Shown here one piece after another: positions 39,901-47,981 of a DNA stretch of 52,171 bases. The stretch comes from a virus (lineage: Duplodnaviria; Caudoviricetes): the IMG/VR virus record IMGVR_UViG_3300016474_000658, positions 1-52,171 of that record, one strand, 5' to 3'. Position numbers and translations under genes: made by a program. Position 1 is the stretch's first letter. Each line of letters opens with the position of its first letter. The notes beneath the pieces were generated by a model. That model saw only the letters and a list, made by a program, of their open reading frames with translations. It did no database searches and was not told the DNA's origin.

Positions 39901-40133
39901 GTTTAGCACTTATTAAGTGCGGTAGCTTGCCGGTGAGCGATATATTTATTCTAGATGAACCGGCTACATCTTTAGATTCTGATCACATCGATAGTTTTAT
40001 TAGCGTTCTAGAGATGATAAAGACTCAGTTTAAAACTGTATTACTTATTACGCATCTAGATACTCTGAAAGATTCAGTCGATAAGATCATTGAAATTAAA
40101 AAAGACGACGAAGGGTTTGCTTATATAAATTAA
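36966..40133 (+). CDS. Fused Mre11/SbcD nuclease - Rad50/SbcC ATPase (T4 gp47-gp46-like)
   Basis: SDIH, GDIAH, GNHD, YHG, GDIH phosphoesterase motifs, then Walker A GKNYSGKSS, coiled coil, signature CSGAE, Walker B FILDEP, H-loop LITH. Confidence 0.92.
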   Translation: MKICHLSDIHIKNLKYHDVYEKVFQQLYSSLRDEKVDNIILCGDIAHTKTNISPEFVQIAGRFFSELASIAPLYIILGNHDGNLKNLDRQDAITPIVEALNNSNIFLLKRSGERNIDDKVTLNVLSIFDRDNWVKPSDPSKINIALYHGAIEGSKTDTGWSMKDTDDNISIFDDFDFAFLGDIHKQQYLRYKPCKGSKVELKPSVAYCGSLIQQNFGEELNKGILIWDIKEKDVFDVKSVYFENPNPFITLEMEKFDLDQNIKDNSYIRLILNEYHSKDEVQKIQDILNTKYNPRSVIITNKHSKDVENKIEQSETSKAKVNLRDNNVQQELIKEFLASENLTEDQINEVLEINSKYNLESEINDGVARNIKWSLESFKWDNLFNYKEGNSIDFSNLNGIVGIFGKNYSGKSSIIDSLLYTIFNSTSKKIRKNYDVVNEKKKSGKGEIVISFEKNNGFVISRETEKNIKKTKGKLVEESKTELELSMYNGTDFSPFNGIDRGETDKQIRQLIGTLEDFCNTSLSTQHGSLDFINEGSTKRKEILANFLDLQIFESKHKPANQYANELKTLIKKTDKDYAKLIADAQTKQEFAEAKLSNTKEELDLLRSRQEDIQLKISKLDSDISKVDKPIDVISVSSKHDRLKSELKSVDAKIARCAEDIKTHEVTIQKIKDVLEKINVKQLQEKQEASKKILREVDAILSDKRIKSNNLSIHKKTSQLLDLAACGKDKYNECHFKKNALESMQEISIVDMALKLLDDKENDLRSQLEALDLEKTNEYLDKVKKLNDKLFGETNNLSQLLKELSTLEKNKSQLELQISENDKYIKLYEDNKDLYDNTAYLKNSKVLLEEDKHTIAYNIKVLENEYKDAIRNVAEIEAQVKNYDSDARYLEAIKKEYSAYELFLKCTHNNGIPFELIKKTLPVLNDEINNLLVNIVDFQAFFENEDGKLEIYIKHPNSVQRSIENCSGAEKSLVAMAIRLALIKCGSLPVSDIFILDEPATSLDSDHIDSFISVLEMIKTQFKTVLLITHLDTLKDSVDKIIEIKKDDEGFAYIN

Positions 40134-40144
40134 TATCTATTCTT

Positions 40145-40181
40145 AAGGCGCTAAGATAATACTTAGCGCCTTTTTGTTTTT
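40145..40181 (+). terminator. Rho-independent terminator
   Basis: AAGGCGCTAAG-ATAATA-CTTAGCGCCTT 11-bp perfect stem followed by TTTGTTTTT, just after the Mre11-Rad50 stop. Confidence 0.9.
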
Positions 40182-40185
40182 GCGC

Positions 40186-40194
40186 ACTATTTAA
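40186..40194 (+). promoter_or_regulatory. Candidate phage late promoter ACTATTTAA
   Basis: Immediately after the terminator and upstream of AGGAGG (40206-40211), heading the terminase/portal block. Confidence 0.6.
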
Positions 40195-40218
40195 TATATA
40201 ATCTTAGGAGGTATTAAG

Positions 40219-40380
40219 ATGTCAGAACAAAAAGGTCACGGACACGGCAATAAAGGTGCTCCATTTACACAAAATCCAGGATCAGGCAAAGGTCATAATT
40301 GGCCAAAGGCTGGAGATCCAAATACGAAGGGATGGAGCGAGAAGGTTGGTAAGGGTCAAGGCGCACCAAAATCAAAGTAA
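40219..40380 (+). CDS. Small Gly/Lys-rich protein (53 aa), not in ORF track
   Basis: AGGAGG 7 nt before ATG; MSEQKGHGHGNKGAPFTQNPGSGKGHNWPKAGDPNTKGWSEKVGKGQGAPKSK*; fills the gap before 40389. Confidence 0.8.
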   Translation: MSEQKGHGHGNKGAPFTQNPGSGKGHNWPKAGDPNTKGWSEKVGKGQGAPKSK

Positions 40381-40388
40381 GGTGATAT

Positions 40389-40748
40389 ATGCCGAATTAC
40401 AATTTCAAGCAGATATCGGCGTTTGAAAAAGCAATAGAAGAAAAGTATGGTGATAAAGCCATTCTTGACCCTTCTTCTTTGTGGAACGTAGAAAAAGAAA
40501 AAGCATATCTTGAGCAAGTAAAATCTGTTGAGAAATATTATCGTAATCAAGCTTACGAAAAACAAATTGATCAAGGCGGATTTATCGTAAAAGAAAAACT
40601 AATTAATAAGAAGAACTTTAAAAATTGTTCTTTATGTGGAGAACAAGCATATAAATCAGAAGATGATCTTTATATGAACAAGTTTGATTGTTGTTGTAAA
40701 TGCTACATAAAAAACATAGAAGGAAGAGAATCTAAATGGCACAAATAG
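40389..40748 (+). CDS. Hypothetical protein with Cys-rich putative zinc finger
   Basis: CSLC ... CCCKC; AAGGTG upstream. Confidence 0.7.
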   Translation: MPNYNFKQISAFEKAIEEKYGDKAILDPSSLWNVEKEKAYLEQVKSVEKYYRNQAYEKQIDQGGFIVKEKLINKKNFKNCSLCGEQAYKSEDDLYMNKFDCCCKCYIKNIEGRESKWHK

Positions 40749-41326
40749 TAAATAATGAGGTTCAAAATGACATATACGAAATTGTCCGTGGGATTGGTCA
40801 AGCTATGTCTACAGTTTATGATGGCCCAACATATAGTGATGACGAGGATAATAAAGTTGGACTTAAAAGAGAAGAAGGAAATCCATTGCTCGATAAAAGA
40901 ATAATGGACGGATTCAAAGCGAAAGTAGGCGGAAGAACTCTTACCATAAACTATCATACAGAAATTCCTCTTGAACAAATTCACAAGATGGGCGCAGGAA
41001 AATATGAAGTAGAAGTAGAAGATATGATTGAAAAATGCTTATCTTTCCTAAAAAAGAAATTTAAGTCAATAACTGGTAAAACCTTATCTGTCAAAGAACA
41101 GAAAAAAGAATTAAAAAACGGAAAGAAGGTAAAGAACTTTGAAGTTTTAATTCAACCAGTTTCGAGATTTAGAACTTCAGTAACGGCTCATAAATGTTAT
41201 GATATAACAGGAATTCCAGAGGAAGAAGAAATTACTAGCAGCGTTATTGCAGATTATGAAAAGTTTCATAAGAGTCTTTTTAAGAGCAGGAAAAAGGCTG
41301 AAAGTACCAAAAAACGAATTGCATGA
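40736..41326 (+). CDS. Hypothetical protein
   Basis: 196-aa ORF coupled to terminase start by ATGA overlap. Confidence 0.7.
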   Translation: MAQIVNNEVQNDIYEIVRGIGQAMSTVYDGPTYSDDEDNKVGLKREEGNPLLDKRIMDGFKAKVGGRTLTINYHTEIPLEQIHKMGAGKYEVEVEDMIEKCLSFLKKKFKSITGKTLSVKEQKKELKNGKKVKNFEVLIQPVSRFRTSVTAHKCYDITGIPEEEEITSSVIADYEKFHKSLFKSRKKAESTKKRIA

Positions 41327-42906
41327 GTGTTCAACTAACAAAAAAAGAGATAATAAAAGAAATAGTTAAGTGTGGTAAGGATCCTATCTATTTCATAAAT
41401 AACTTTGTCAAAATTTCTCACCCACTTCATGGTCTTATTAGCTTTAAGTTATATCCATTCCAAGAAGATTGTATAAGACAATTTCAAGATTATAGATTTA
41501 ATATTGTTCTTAAAGCTCGCCAGATGGGTCTTTCGACTGCAACTGCGGGCTTTATTCTTTGGATGGTATTATTTCACAGAGAAAAGACCGTTCTTTCTGT
41601 TGCTACTCAATTAAACGTTGCTGTAGGCATGGTTAAGAAAGTAAAGACAATGTATAATAATCTTCCAGACTGGATGAAGATTGCAAAAGTAAAAAATGAT
41701 AACAAGAGTACCTTAGAATTAAATAATGGCTCTTGGGTCAAGGCTGCGTCTACAACAGGTGACTCTGGACGTTCAGAGGCCCTATCGTTGTTAATAGTTG
41801 ACGAAGCTGGCATCATTCAAGGAATGGATGAGATGTGGGCTGGTATTTATCCTACAATTGCTACTGGTGGTAGATGTATTGCGGTATCCACTCCAAAGGG
41901 AGTTGGAAACTGGTTTCATAAAACTTACACAGATGCAGAGACTGGAAAGAACAACTTTAACCCAATAAAATTAAACTGGGATTCTCACCCAGATAGAGAT
42001 CAAAAATGGTGGGAAGAGAATACGAAAAATATGAGCGCAAAAGATATTGCTCAGGAATATGAATGTTCTTTTAACTTTTCTGGAAACACAATAGTAGATG
42101 GAACAATACTAGAAGAGTATAAAGAATCAATATCAAAGCCTCTTAGAAGAGGCGGCTTTGACGGTAATCTATGGATCTGGAAGGAGCCAGAGCAAGGTAA
42201 AAGATATATACTTTCTGCTGACGTTGCCCGTGGAGATTCAGAAGATAACTCTGCATTTCATATAATAGAAATAGAATCAATGGAGCAAGTTGCAGAATAC
42301 TGTGGAAAATTAGCGCCAGAAGTTTATGCAGAATTAATTTTTGAAGTATCCAAAGAATATGGATTCTGTCTAACAATTGTTGAAAACAATTCATTTGGAT
42401 ATGGTGTGCTAGAAAAACTTAAATCCATGAAGCATCCTTCAGTATATCATCATAAAAAATCAAGCTATGACTTTATTGAACCAATGGCTGCACTTTATGA
42501 TTCTAGCGCAGTACCGGGTTTCTCTACAAACGTTAAGATGAGACCACTGGCCATTTCAAAACTTGAAGAATTTCTAAGAAATAAAATAATAAAAATAAAC
42601 TCTGAAAGACTAATTAATGAGTTAACGACGTTTGTTTGGAATAGTGGAAAGGCTGAAGCTATCAAAGGTCATAATGACGACTTAGTAATGTCTCTAGCTA
42701 TTGCTTGTTGGGTAAGAGAGGGGGCCTTAATAATTTCTCAAAGAGATGTAGAATATAGGCAAGCATTCATTACCGGGCTTAGAGCTGGCGGAAGAACATT
42801 TGAATCTTCAATTCCTGGAATGCCTCAGCATCAAACAGTAGAACAAAGAAGAAGATGGGCAGAAGCATATAGCAATGCCAAACAATTTTCTTGGCTAATG
42901 AAATAA
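41323..42906 (+). CDS. terL: Terminase large subunit (T4 gp17-like)
   Basis: KCGKDPIYF, LYPFQ, KARQMGLST Walker A, LIVDEAG Walker B, STPKG, QEYEC, ADVARG, VENN, HNDDLVM. Confidence 0.95.
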   Translation: MSVQLTKKEIIKEIVKCGKDPIYFINNFVKISHPLHGLISFKLYPFQEDCIRQFQDYRFNIVLKARQMGLSTATAGFILWMVLFHREKTVLSVATQLNVAVGMVKKVKTMYNNLPDWMKIAKVKNDNKSTLELNNGSWVKAASTTGDSGRSEALSLLIVDEAGIIQGMDEMWAGIYPTIATGGRCIAVSTPKGVGNWFHKTYTDAETGKNNFNPIKLNWDSHPDRDQKWWEENTKNMSAKDIAQEYECSFNFSGNTIVDGTILEEYKESISKPLRRGGFDGNLWIWKEPEQGKRYILSADVARGDSEDNSAFHIIEIESMEQVAEYCGKLAPEVYAELIFEVSKEYGFCLTIVENNSFGYGVLEKLKSMKHPSVYHHKKSSYDFIEPMAALYDSSAVPGFSTNVKMRPLAISKLEEFLRNKIIKINSERLINELTTFVWNSGKAEAIKGHNDDLVMSLAIACWVREGALIISQRDVEYRQAFITGLRAGGRTFESSIPGMPQHQTVEQRRRWAEAYSNAKQFSWLMK

Positions 42907-42915
42907 GGATAAGAA

Positions 42916-44946
42916 ATGGCAGACCAAAAGAATAATCCTAAAAATAATAATTCTCCATTGTTTAAGCGTCTAACAAAGCTTTTCTCTGGACCAATAGTTA
43001 ATTTTAGGGCACAAAAGCCAACTAGAGAGAGAAAATATCAACTAGATAAATACGCTAGTCGCTTTACGTCTACTCAAGGATTATCCTACAAAAAGAATGT
43101 ATACAATCCATTTGATTCATTGCGTTCTGGTAATATGGCAATTCAGAGCAGATCTGAAAGGTATGTTGACTTTGAACAAATGGAATTTTATCCAGAGCTA
43201 GCATCAGCATTAGATATCTATGCAGATGAAATGACAACTTTTACAGAGGTCTCCAAGCTATTAAAAATAGATTGCCATAATGAAGAAATAAAAAATATTA
43301 TAGATACATTGTTCTACAAAACATTAAACATAGAATCTAACTTGTTTAATTGGGCTAGAACTATGTGTAAGTATGGAGACTTTTTTCTATATCTAGAAAC
43401 AGATGAAGTTTTAGGTGTAAAGTCAGTAATTGGATTGCCTTCCCAAGAAGTAGAAAGACTAGAGGGAGAAGATGAAACAAACCCTAACTATATTCAATTT
43501 CAATGGAATGCTGGCGGTCTAACTTTTGAAAATTGGCAGATTGCACATTTTAGAATCTTAGGAAACGATAAATATAGTCCTTATGGTACATCAGTGTTGG
43601 ATCCGGCCAGAAGAATTTGGAGACAGCTAATATTGGTTGAAGATGCCATGATGGCTTCAAGAGTTATCCGTGCTCCGCAAAGAAAAGTATTCGAGATAGA
43701 TGTTTCTGGTATCGCTCCAGAAGACGTTGAAGGATACATGCAAAAGGTGATCACTCAGCTAAAGAGACACCAGGTAGTTGATGATACAACTGGACAAGTA
43801 GATTTAAGATATAATCCACTAAGCGTAGAAGAAGATTACTATCTCCCAGTAAGAGCGGGATCTCTTTCTAAAATTACTGATATCGGCGGACAAAAAGGAA
43901 TTGATGCTATAGATGACATCAAATATCTTAAAGATAAATTATTTGCAGCAATAAAGATTCCAAAGGCTTATTTATCCCAATCAGATTCTGATAAAGAAGA
44001 TAAGTCAACTCTCGCTCAGAAAGATGTAAGATTTGCAAGAACAATTCAGAGATTACAAAGAGCGATGTTGACCGAGCTAGAAAAGATTGGAATGGTACAT
44101 CTCTATACTCTCGGGTTCAGGGGAGATGATCTAATTTCATTTAAGCTATCACTCAATAATCCTTCACGTATTGCTATGGCACAAGAGTTGGAAGGCTTCA
44201 GCCAAAAGCTTGACGTTGCATCAAAAGCAATGGGAGCAAACTTCTTCTCGCGTCAATATGTCTCAAAGAATATCTTTGGTCTCTCGGAAGAAGATTTTAG
44301 AAGAATTGAGAGACAGAGATTTTATGATAAGAGAGTTGATACTGCTATTGAAGCTTCCGCACAGGATACTCCTTCTGCGGGCGAGATGAGCGGACTTGGT
44401 GGATTAGGTGGTGAATCAACCCCAACTGGCGGGGCGGAATTTGGTATGCCATCGGAAACCCCAGGTGGTCTTGGTGGAGCAATGTCGCCACCTACACCAG
44501 AAGAAGGTGGAGAAGCCACTCCAGAGGCAGCAGAAGCTCCAGCTCCAGGAACCGAAGAAGGATCTCCACTTTTGGCAGCTCCACCTCCAGAGGCTCCGGC
44601 TAAGAGAGATTATAATGCTGTGGTAAGAGATAAGAGTGATAGAGTAGAAAGAGTAGAATATGCCGATGGGACGTATATAACTCCAGGATCAAATGGCAAA
44701 AGACATAAATCTCCCCCAACCGACAAAAGAAAAGATAGAGGTCCGCTAACAAGACATATACAATCTTTGATGGGTAAAGGTAATTACGGAAACAATTCAA
44801 CAAGAAATGTATTTGGATTTGGATATGTTACATCTGATCGCTTAGCAAAAGGTATTGCTGAGTCAATGGATACTAATTATAATAAGTCGGCAGAAGATCA
44901 ATTAGATAAACTTGACCGGGATTTAAAAACCATATTGGAAGAGTAA
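42916..44946 (+). CDS. Portal protein (T4 gp20-like) with long C-terminal extension
   Basis: ALDIYADE, WARTMCKYGD, YGTSVL, EDAMMASRVIRAPQRKVFEIDV, EEDYYLPVR, DDIKYL, KIPK. Confidence 0.93.
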   Translation: MADQKNNPKNNNSPLFKRLTKLFSGPIVNFRAQKPTRERKYQLDKYASRFTSTQGLSYKKNVYNPFDSLRSGNMAIQSRSERYVDFEQMEFYPELASALDIYADEMTTFTEVSKLLKIDCHNEEIKNIIDTLFYKTLNIESNLFNWARTMCKYGDFFLYLETDEVLGVKSVIGLPSQEVERLEGEDETNPNYIQFQWNAGGLTFENWQIAHFRILGNDKYSPYGTSVLDPARRIWRQLILVEDAMMASRVIRAPQRKVFEIDVSGIAPEDVEGYMQKVITQLKRHQVVDDTTGQVDLRYNPLSVEEDYYLPVRAGSLSKITDIGGQKGIDAIDDIKYLKDKLFAAIKIPKAYLSQSDSDKEDKSTLAQKDVRFARTIQRLQRAMLTELEKIGMVHLYTLGFRGDDLISFKLSLNNPSRIAMAQELEGFSQKLDVASKAMGANFFSRQYVSKNIFGLSEEDFRRIERQRFYDKRVDTAIEASAQDTPSAGEMSGLGGLGGESTPTGGAEFGMPSETPGGLGGAMSPPTPEEGGEATPEAAEAPAPGTEEGSPLLAAPPPEAPAKRDYNAVVRDKSDRVERVEYADGTYITPGSNGKRHKSPPTDKRKDRGPLTRHIQSLMGKGNYGNNSTRNVFGFGYVTSDRLAKGIAESMDTNYNKSAEDQLDKLDRDLKTILEE

Positions 44947-44948
44947 AA

Positions 44949-45767
44949 ATGAAAATAAACCATAATAAAAAAAGAAATACATTGTTTTTATATGAGGCTT
45001 TGTTAAGAGAATACACAAAAGCAAAGATAGAAAATGATGCAGAGAAATTAAAAGAAGTAAAAAATCTTCTTATAGAGTTCTTCTCGGAAGGTAAAGTGTT
45101 AAAAGAAGAACTTAAGATTTATAAAGCAGTTCTTGATACAGAGAATGTAGACAAGGATTTGGCAGAGAAGATACTCTCAGAAGCCAAAAGATTATATCTT
45201 GGCATTAGTCAAGATTCGGTGTTTAAACAACAGTCTTCTATGATTGCTAAAGTTAATAGAAAATTAAGTCCTAAGTTTTTTTCAAATTATGTTCCAAATT
45301 ATAAGAACATAGCAACTTTACAACAAATTTTTGGTCAAAAGTCAGATATACCAACCAGAATGTTAATGGAAAGACAAGTTATAGAAAAAATGACTTTGCC
45401 TAAGCAAACCATTGAAGAAATTAATGAAAAAATTGATAAGTATGTTGTTCATAGTTTTCTAAATTCTTTCAACAAGAAATATTCAGATCTTCTTGAAAAT
45501 CAAAAAATGTTATTAAAAAAGTATATGATAACATCAGAGGATGATAATACTGATTTTATAATTTTTATGAATGAAGAGCTAGAAAATATTCAAGATAAAT
45601 TAGATAAAGCACATAACCTTGCAGAGATCAAAGAAGATAAAGATATTTTAAATAAGTTAAATGAAGTAAAGAAAAGATTTAAATCCTTAAAAGAAGAAGA
45701 GGTTGATGAAAAGTATTTACAAAAAATGCTGAAGTTTCAAAAGCTCGTACATGAGTTAGAGAATTAA
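44949..45767 (+). CDS. Hypothetical head-module protein
   Basis: 272-aa helical ORF directly after portal. Confidence 0.65.
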   Translation: MKINHNKKRNTLFLYEALLREYTKAKIENDAEKLKEVKNLLIEFFSEGKVLKEELKIYKAVLDTENVDKDLAEKILSEAKRLYLGISQDSVFKQQSSMIAKVNRKLSPKFFSNYVPNYKNIATLQQIFGQKSDIPTRMLMERQVIEKMTLPKQTIEEINEKIDKYVVHSFLNSFNKKYSDLLENQKMLLKKYMITSEDDNTDFIIFMNEELENIQDKLDKAHNLAEIKEDKDILNKLNEVKKRFKSLKEEEVDEKYLQKMLKFQKLVHELEN

Positions 45768-45769
45768 TA

Positions 45770-46381
45770 ATGGCAATAACTATTAAAATAACAAATAAAG
45801 AGGTAGAGGCTTCCGGCGTAAATCCAGAGGAACTTGGCGTTGCTATGTCTCCAGAAGAGGAACCCAAGAAAGAAGAAATAAAAATTATCTTTGGATCAAG
45901 ATTTATTAAAGTAAAGCTTAATATTCGTAAAACTTTAGATAATAATATAGTTATATATGATCATCCTCTTATGGATATCGTATTAATTCCTAATAAGAAT
46001 AAAATTTTTACCATTCCAAAAGATAATATAACATCCGATACTTATCCTGCTCAAGATAGATATTTCAACTTCTTAGATAGAAAAGGAGTTCTCGTTAAAG
46101 GAACAATAAGAAGCGGAGCAATAATGAACTCTTTAGAATCATTTTATCCGCCAAATGCTAAAGTTGATGTTCTACAAGTAATTCTGTTATTAACAAAAAG
46201 ATTCATGGATAAAGAGATGGAGTTTATTAATATAGCCAAAGACTACGAAGAAAACGTAGAAGATATGTATGTCAATCCGGAAGATGCTGATACAACAGAG
46301 CTAGGAGAAGTTCCTCAAAGATCTAGAAAGGGACATGTTAATATATATCAGACAGCTTATGGTATATTGTATAGAGTATAA
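45770..46381 (+). CDS. Hypothetical head-module protein
   Basis: 203-aa ORF tightly packed in operon. Confidence 0.65.
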   Translation: MAITIKITNKEVEASGVNPEELGVAMSPEEEPKKEEIKIIFGSRFIKVKLNIRKTLDNNIVIYDHPLMDIVLIPNKNKIFTIPKDNITSDTYPAQDRYFNFLDRKGVLVKGTIRSGAIMNSLESFYPPNAKVDVLQVILLLTKRFMDKEMEFINIAKDYEENVEDMYVNPEDADTTELGEVPQRSRKGHVNIYQTAYGILYRV

Positions 46382-46390
46382 AGAGAATAT

Positions 46391-46711
46391 ATGCTTGAAC
46401 TAATTTACTTCATTTTAATTTCCTATGGTCTAACCCAAGTTTTATGTTATGGAAGTATTTTAGATTCGATAAGGCCAAAAAAAGGTAAAATAGGAGAACT
46501 ATTTAAATGTCCTATGTGCATGGGATTTTGGGTAGGCTTTATTTTATGTGGAGTTTCGCCTTATACGGAACTATTTAATTTTGGGCAACACATTATTAAT
46601 TTTATTTTATTAGGATTTTTAAGCTCAGGTACGAGTTATATTTTAAACATGGGAGTTGGCGATGACGGCTTTAACATTAAAATTAAATCAGGGAATCAAT
46701 CTCTGGACTAA
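46391..46711 (+). CDS. DUF1360-like membrane protein with CxxC
   Basis: Three hydrophobic segments and GELFKCPMCMGFWVG. Confidence 0.7.
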   Translation: MLELIYFILISYGLTQVLCYGSILDSIRPKKGKIGELFKCPMCMGFWVGFILCGVSPYTELFNFGQHIINFILLGFLSSGTSYILNMGVGDDGFNIKIKSGNQSLD

Positions 46712-46757
46712 CAAGTGGATGAAAAGACCACCAACAAATTGCAAAGGCGGGTGCTAG
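46662..46757 (+). CDS. Putative 31-aa peptide ending CKGGC, not in ORF track
   Basis: GGGAG at 46651-46655, ATG 46662, MTALTLKLNQGINLWTNKWMKRPPTNCKGGC*; stop lies 2 nt before next ATG. Confidence 0.4.
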   Translation: MTALTLKLNQGINLWTNKWMKRPPTNCKGGC

Positions 46758-46759
46758 CT

Positions 46760-47011
46760 ATGAAGATTTCTTACGAAAGATTAAACCAAATTATTGAAGA
46801 AGAAGTTGTTAGATTTAAGCAGTTAAATGAGCAAACTCAAGAAACTGCTACTTCATCATTAGCTGTAGCGCAACTTATCAAAGACAATATTAAGGGCATA
46901 ACAAACCCAGACGTATTAAGGAATGCTCTTTTAACTGCCGTTGGTAAAATTCAAGATGTAGCAACGCTTAAACAAATCCAAGGTACTTTAGGAATTCAGG
47001 ATAAAAGATAA
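46760..47011 (+). CDS. Small putative internal head protein
   Basis: MKISYERLNQIIEEEVVRFKQLNE N-terminus ending in an L-x-E site; ATG 46760 preferred over GTG 46715. Confidence 0.6.
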   Translation: MKISYERLNQIIEEEVVRFKQLNEQTQETATSSLAVAQLIKDNIKGITNPDVLRNALLTAVGKIQDVATLKQIQGTLGIQDKR

Positions 47012-47601
47012 TGAATAAATATGTTTTAACAGAATTTCTTGAACTAGATAATGACTCAACTCTCTTAACTGAAGAAGATAAGAGAATGATTGAGACTGGA
47101 GAAGTTATTCTTGCTGGACGCCTACAGAAAGCCGATACAAAGAACGGTAATGGCAGAATTTATCCCAAGAGAACTCTTCAAAGAGAAATTGAAAATTATA
47201 AAAAATTAGTACACGAGAAGAGAGCACTGGGAGAATTAGATCATCCAGATTCTTCTGTTATTGAACTTAAAAATGCTTCACACATTGTAACTCACATCGA
47301 GATGCGTGGTGATGAAGTAATTGGTAAATTAAGATTGTTAGATACTCCAGCCGGAAAAATAGCAAAAGACTTAATCCGTGGAGGAGTAAAGCTTGGCGTC
47401 TCTTCTCGTGGTCTTGGATCTACAAAAGAACAAGGCGGCAATACTATGGTTCAGGACGACTTCCAACTAATATGTTTTGATCTTGTATCTGAGCCTTCAA
47501 CAACTGGCGCATTCTTATTCAAGGAACATAAAGAGGCAAATATCTTTACCAAATCAGATAAAATTTATAGAGCGCTTAACGATATTCTTATTGGTGAATA
47601 A
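47011..47601 (+). CDS. Prohead core protease (T4 gp21-like)
   Basis: NGNGRIYP, ALGELDHP, TPAG, GVSSRGLGS, DLVSEPS. Confidence 0.95.
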   Translation: MNKYVLTEFLELDNDSTLLTEEDKRMIETGEVILAGRLQKADTKNGNGRIYPKRTLQREIENYKKLVHEKRALGELDHPDSSVIELKNASHIVTHIEMRGDEVIGKLRLLDTPAGKIAKDLIRGGVKLGVSSRGLGSTKEQGGNTMVQDDFQLICFDLVSEPSTTGAFLFKEHKEANIFTKSDKIYRALNDILIGE

Positions 47602-47973
47602 ATGACAAAGACTGAAATGAAAAAACTTATCAAGCCAATCGTAAAAGACTGCATAAAAGAAATGCTTTTAGAAGAAGGTCTCCTTTCTAATCTAATAAGT
47701 GAAGTAATGAAGGGCCAACAAAAATCTACAATTTTTGCCGAGTCTATTCAGCCACAAAGACAACCAAAGCTAGTAAATGCTCCAGATAATAAAAAGACAG
47801 TTAATGGCGCTAGAAAAATGCTAGCCGATGCAATTGGAAAAGGAGCATATGAAAATATATTTGAGGGCACAACTCCAGCTCCAGATCCGCAAATGTTTTC
47901 TGGAGACGAGGGAGATCCCGGAATAGACCTATCAATGTTGTCCAACATACCCGGTTTAGGGAAATTTAAATAG
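47602..47973 (+). CDS. Hypothetical head-module protein
   Basis: MTKTEMKKLIKPIVKDCIKEMLLEE amphipathic N-terminus; abuts protease stop. Confidence 0.65.
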   Translation: MTKTEMKKLIKPIVKDCIKEMLLEEGLLSNLISEVMKGQQKSTIFAESIQPQRQPKLVNAPDNKKTVNGARKMLADAIGKGAYENIFEGTTPAPDPQMFSGDEGDPGIDLSMLSNIPGLGKFK

Positions 47974-47981
47974 AGGAAAAA

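Noticed and set aside
41323-44946. Intein or intron in terminase or portal
   Set aside because: Conserved motifs are colinear at normal spacing; no intein termini or homing endonuclease motifs seen.
46498-46578. Two ACTATTTAA copies within the DUF1360-like gene (also 27093 and ACTAATTAA 42609)
   Set aside because: Explained by Glu/Gly-Leu-Phe or Arg-Leu-Ile codons in AT-rich DNA; not called as promoters without TSS data.
46715-46759. GTG start giving the 98-aa version of the ORF ending 47011
   Set aside because: ATG 46760 yields a typical MKIS... leader; the extra 15 codons overlap the putative Cys-tailed peptide.
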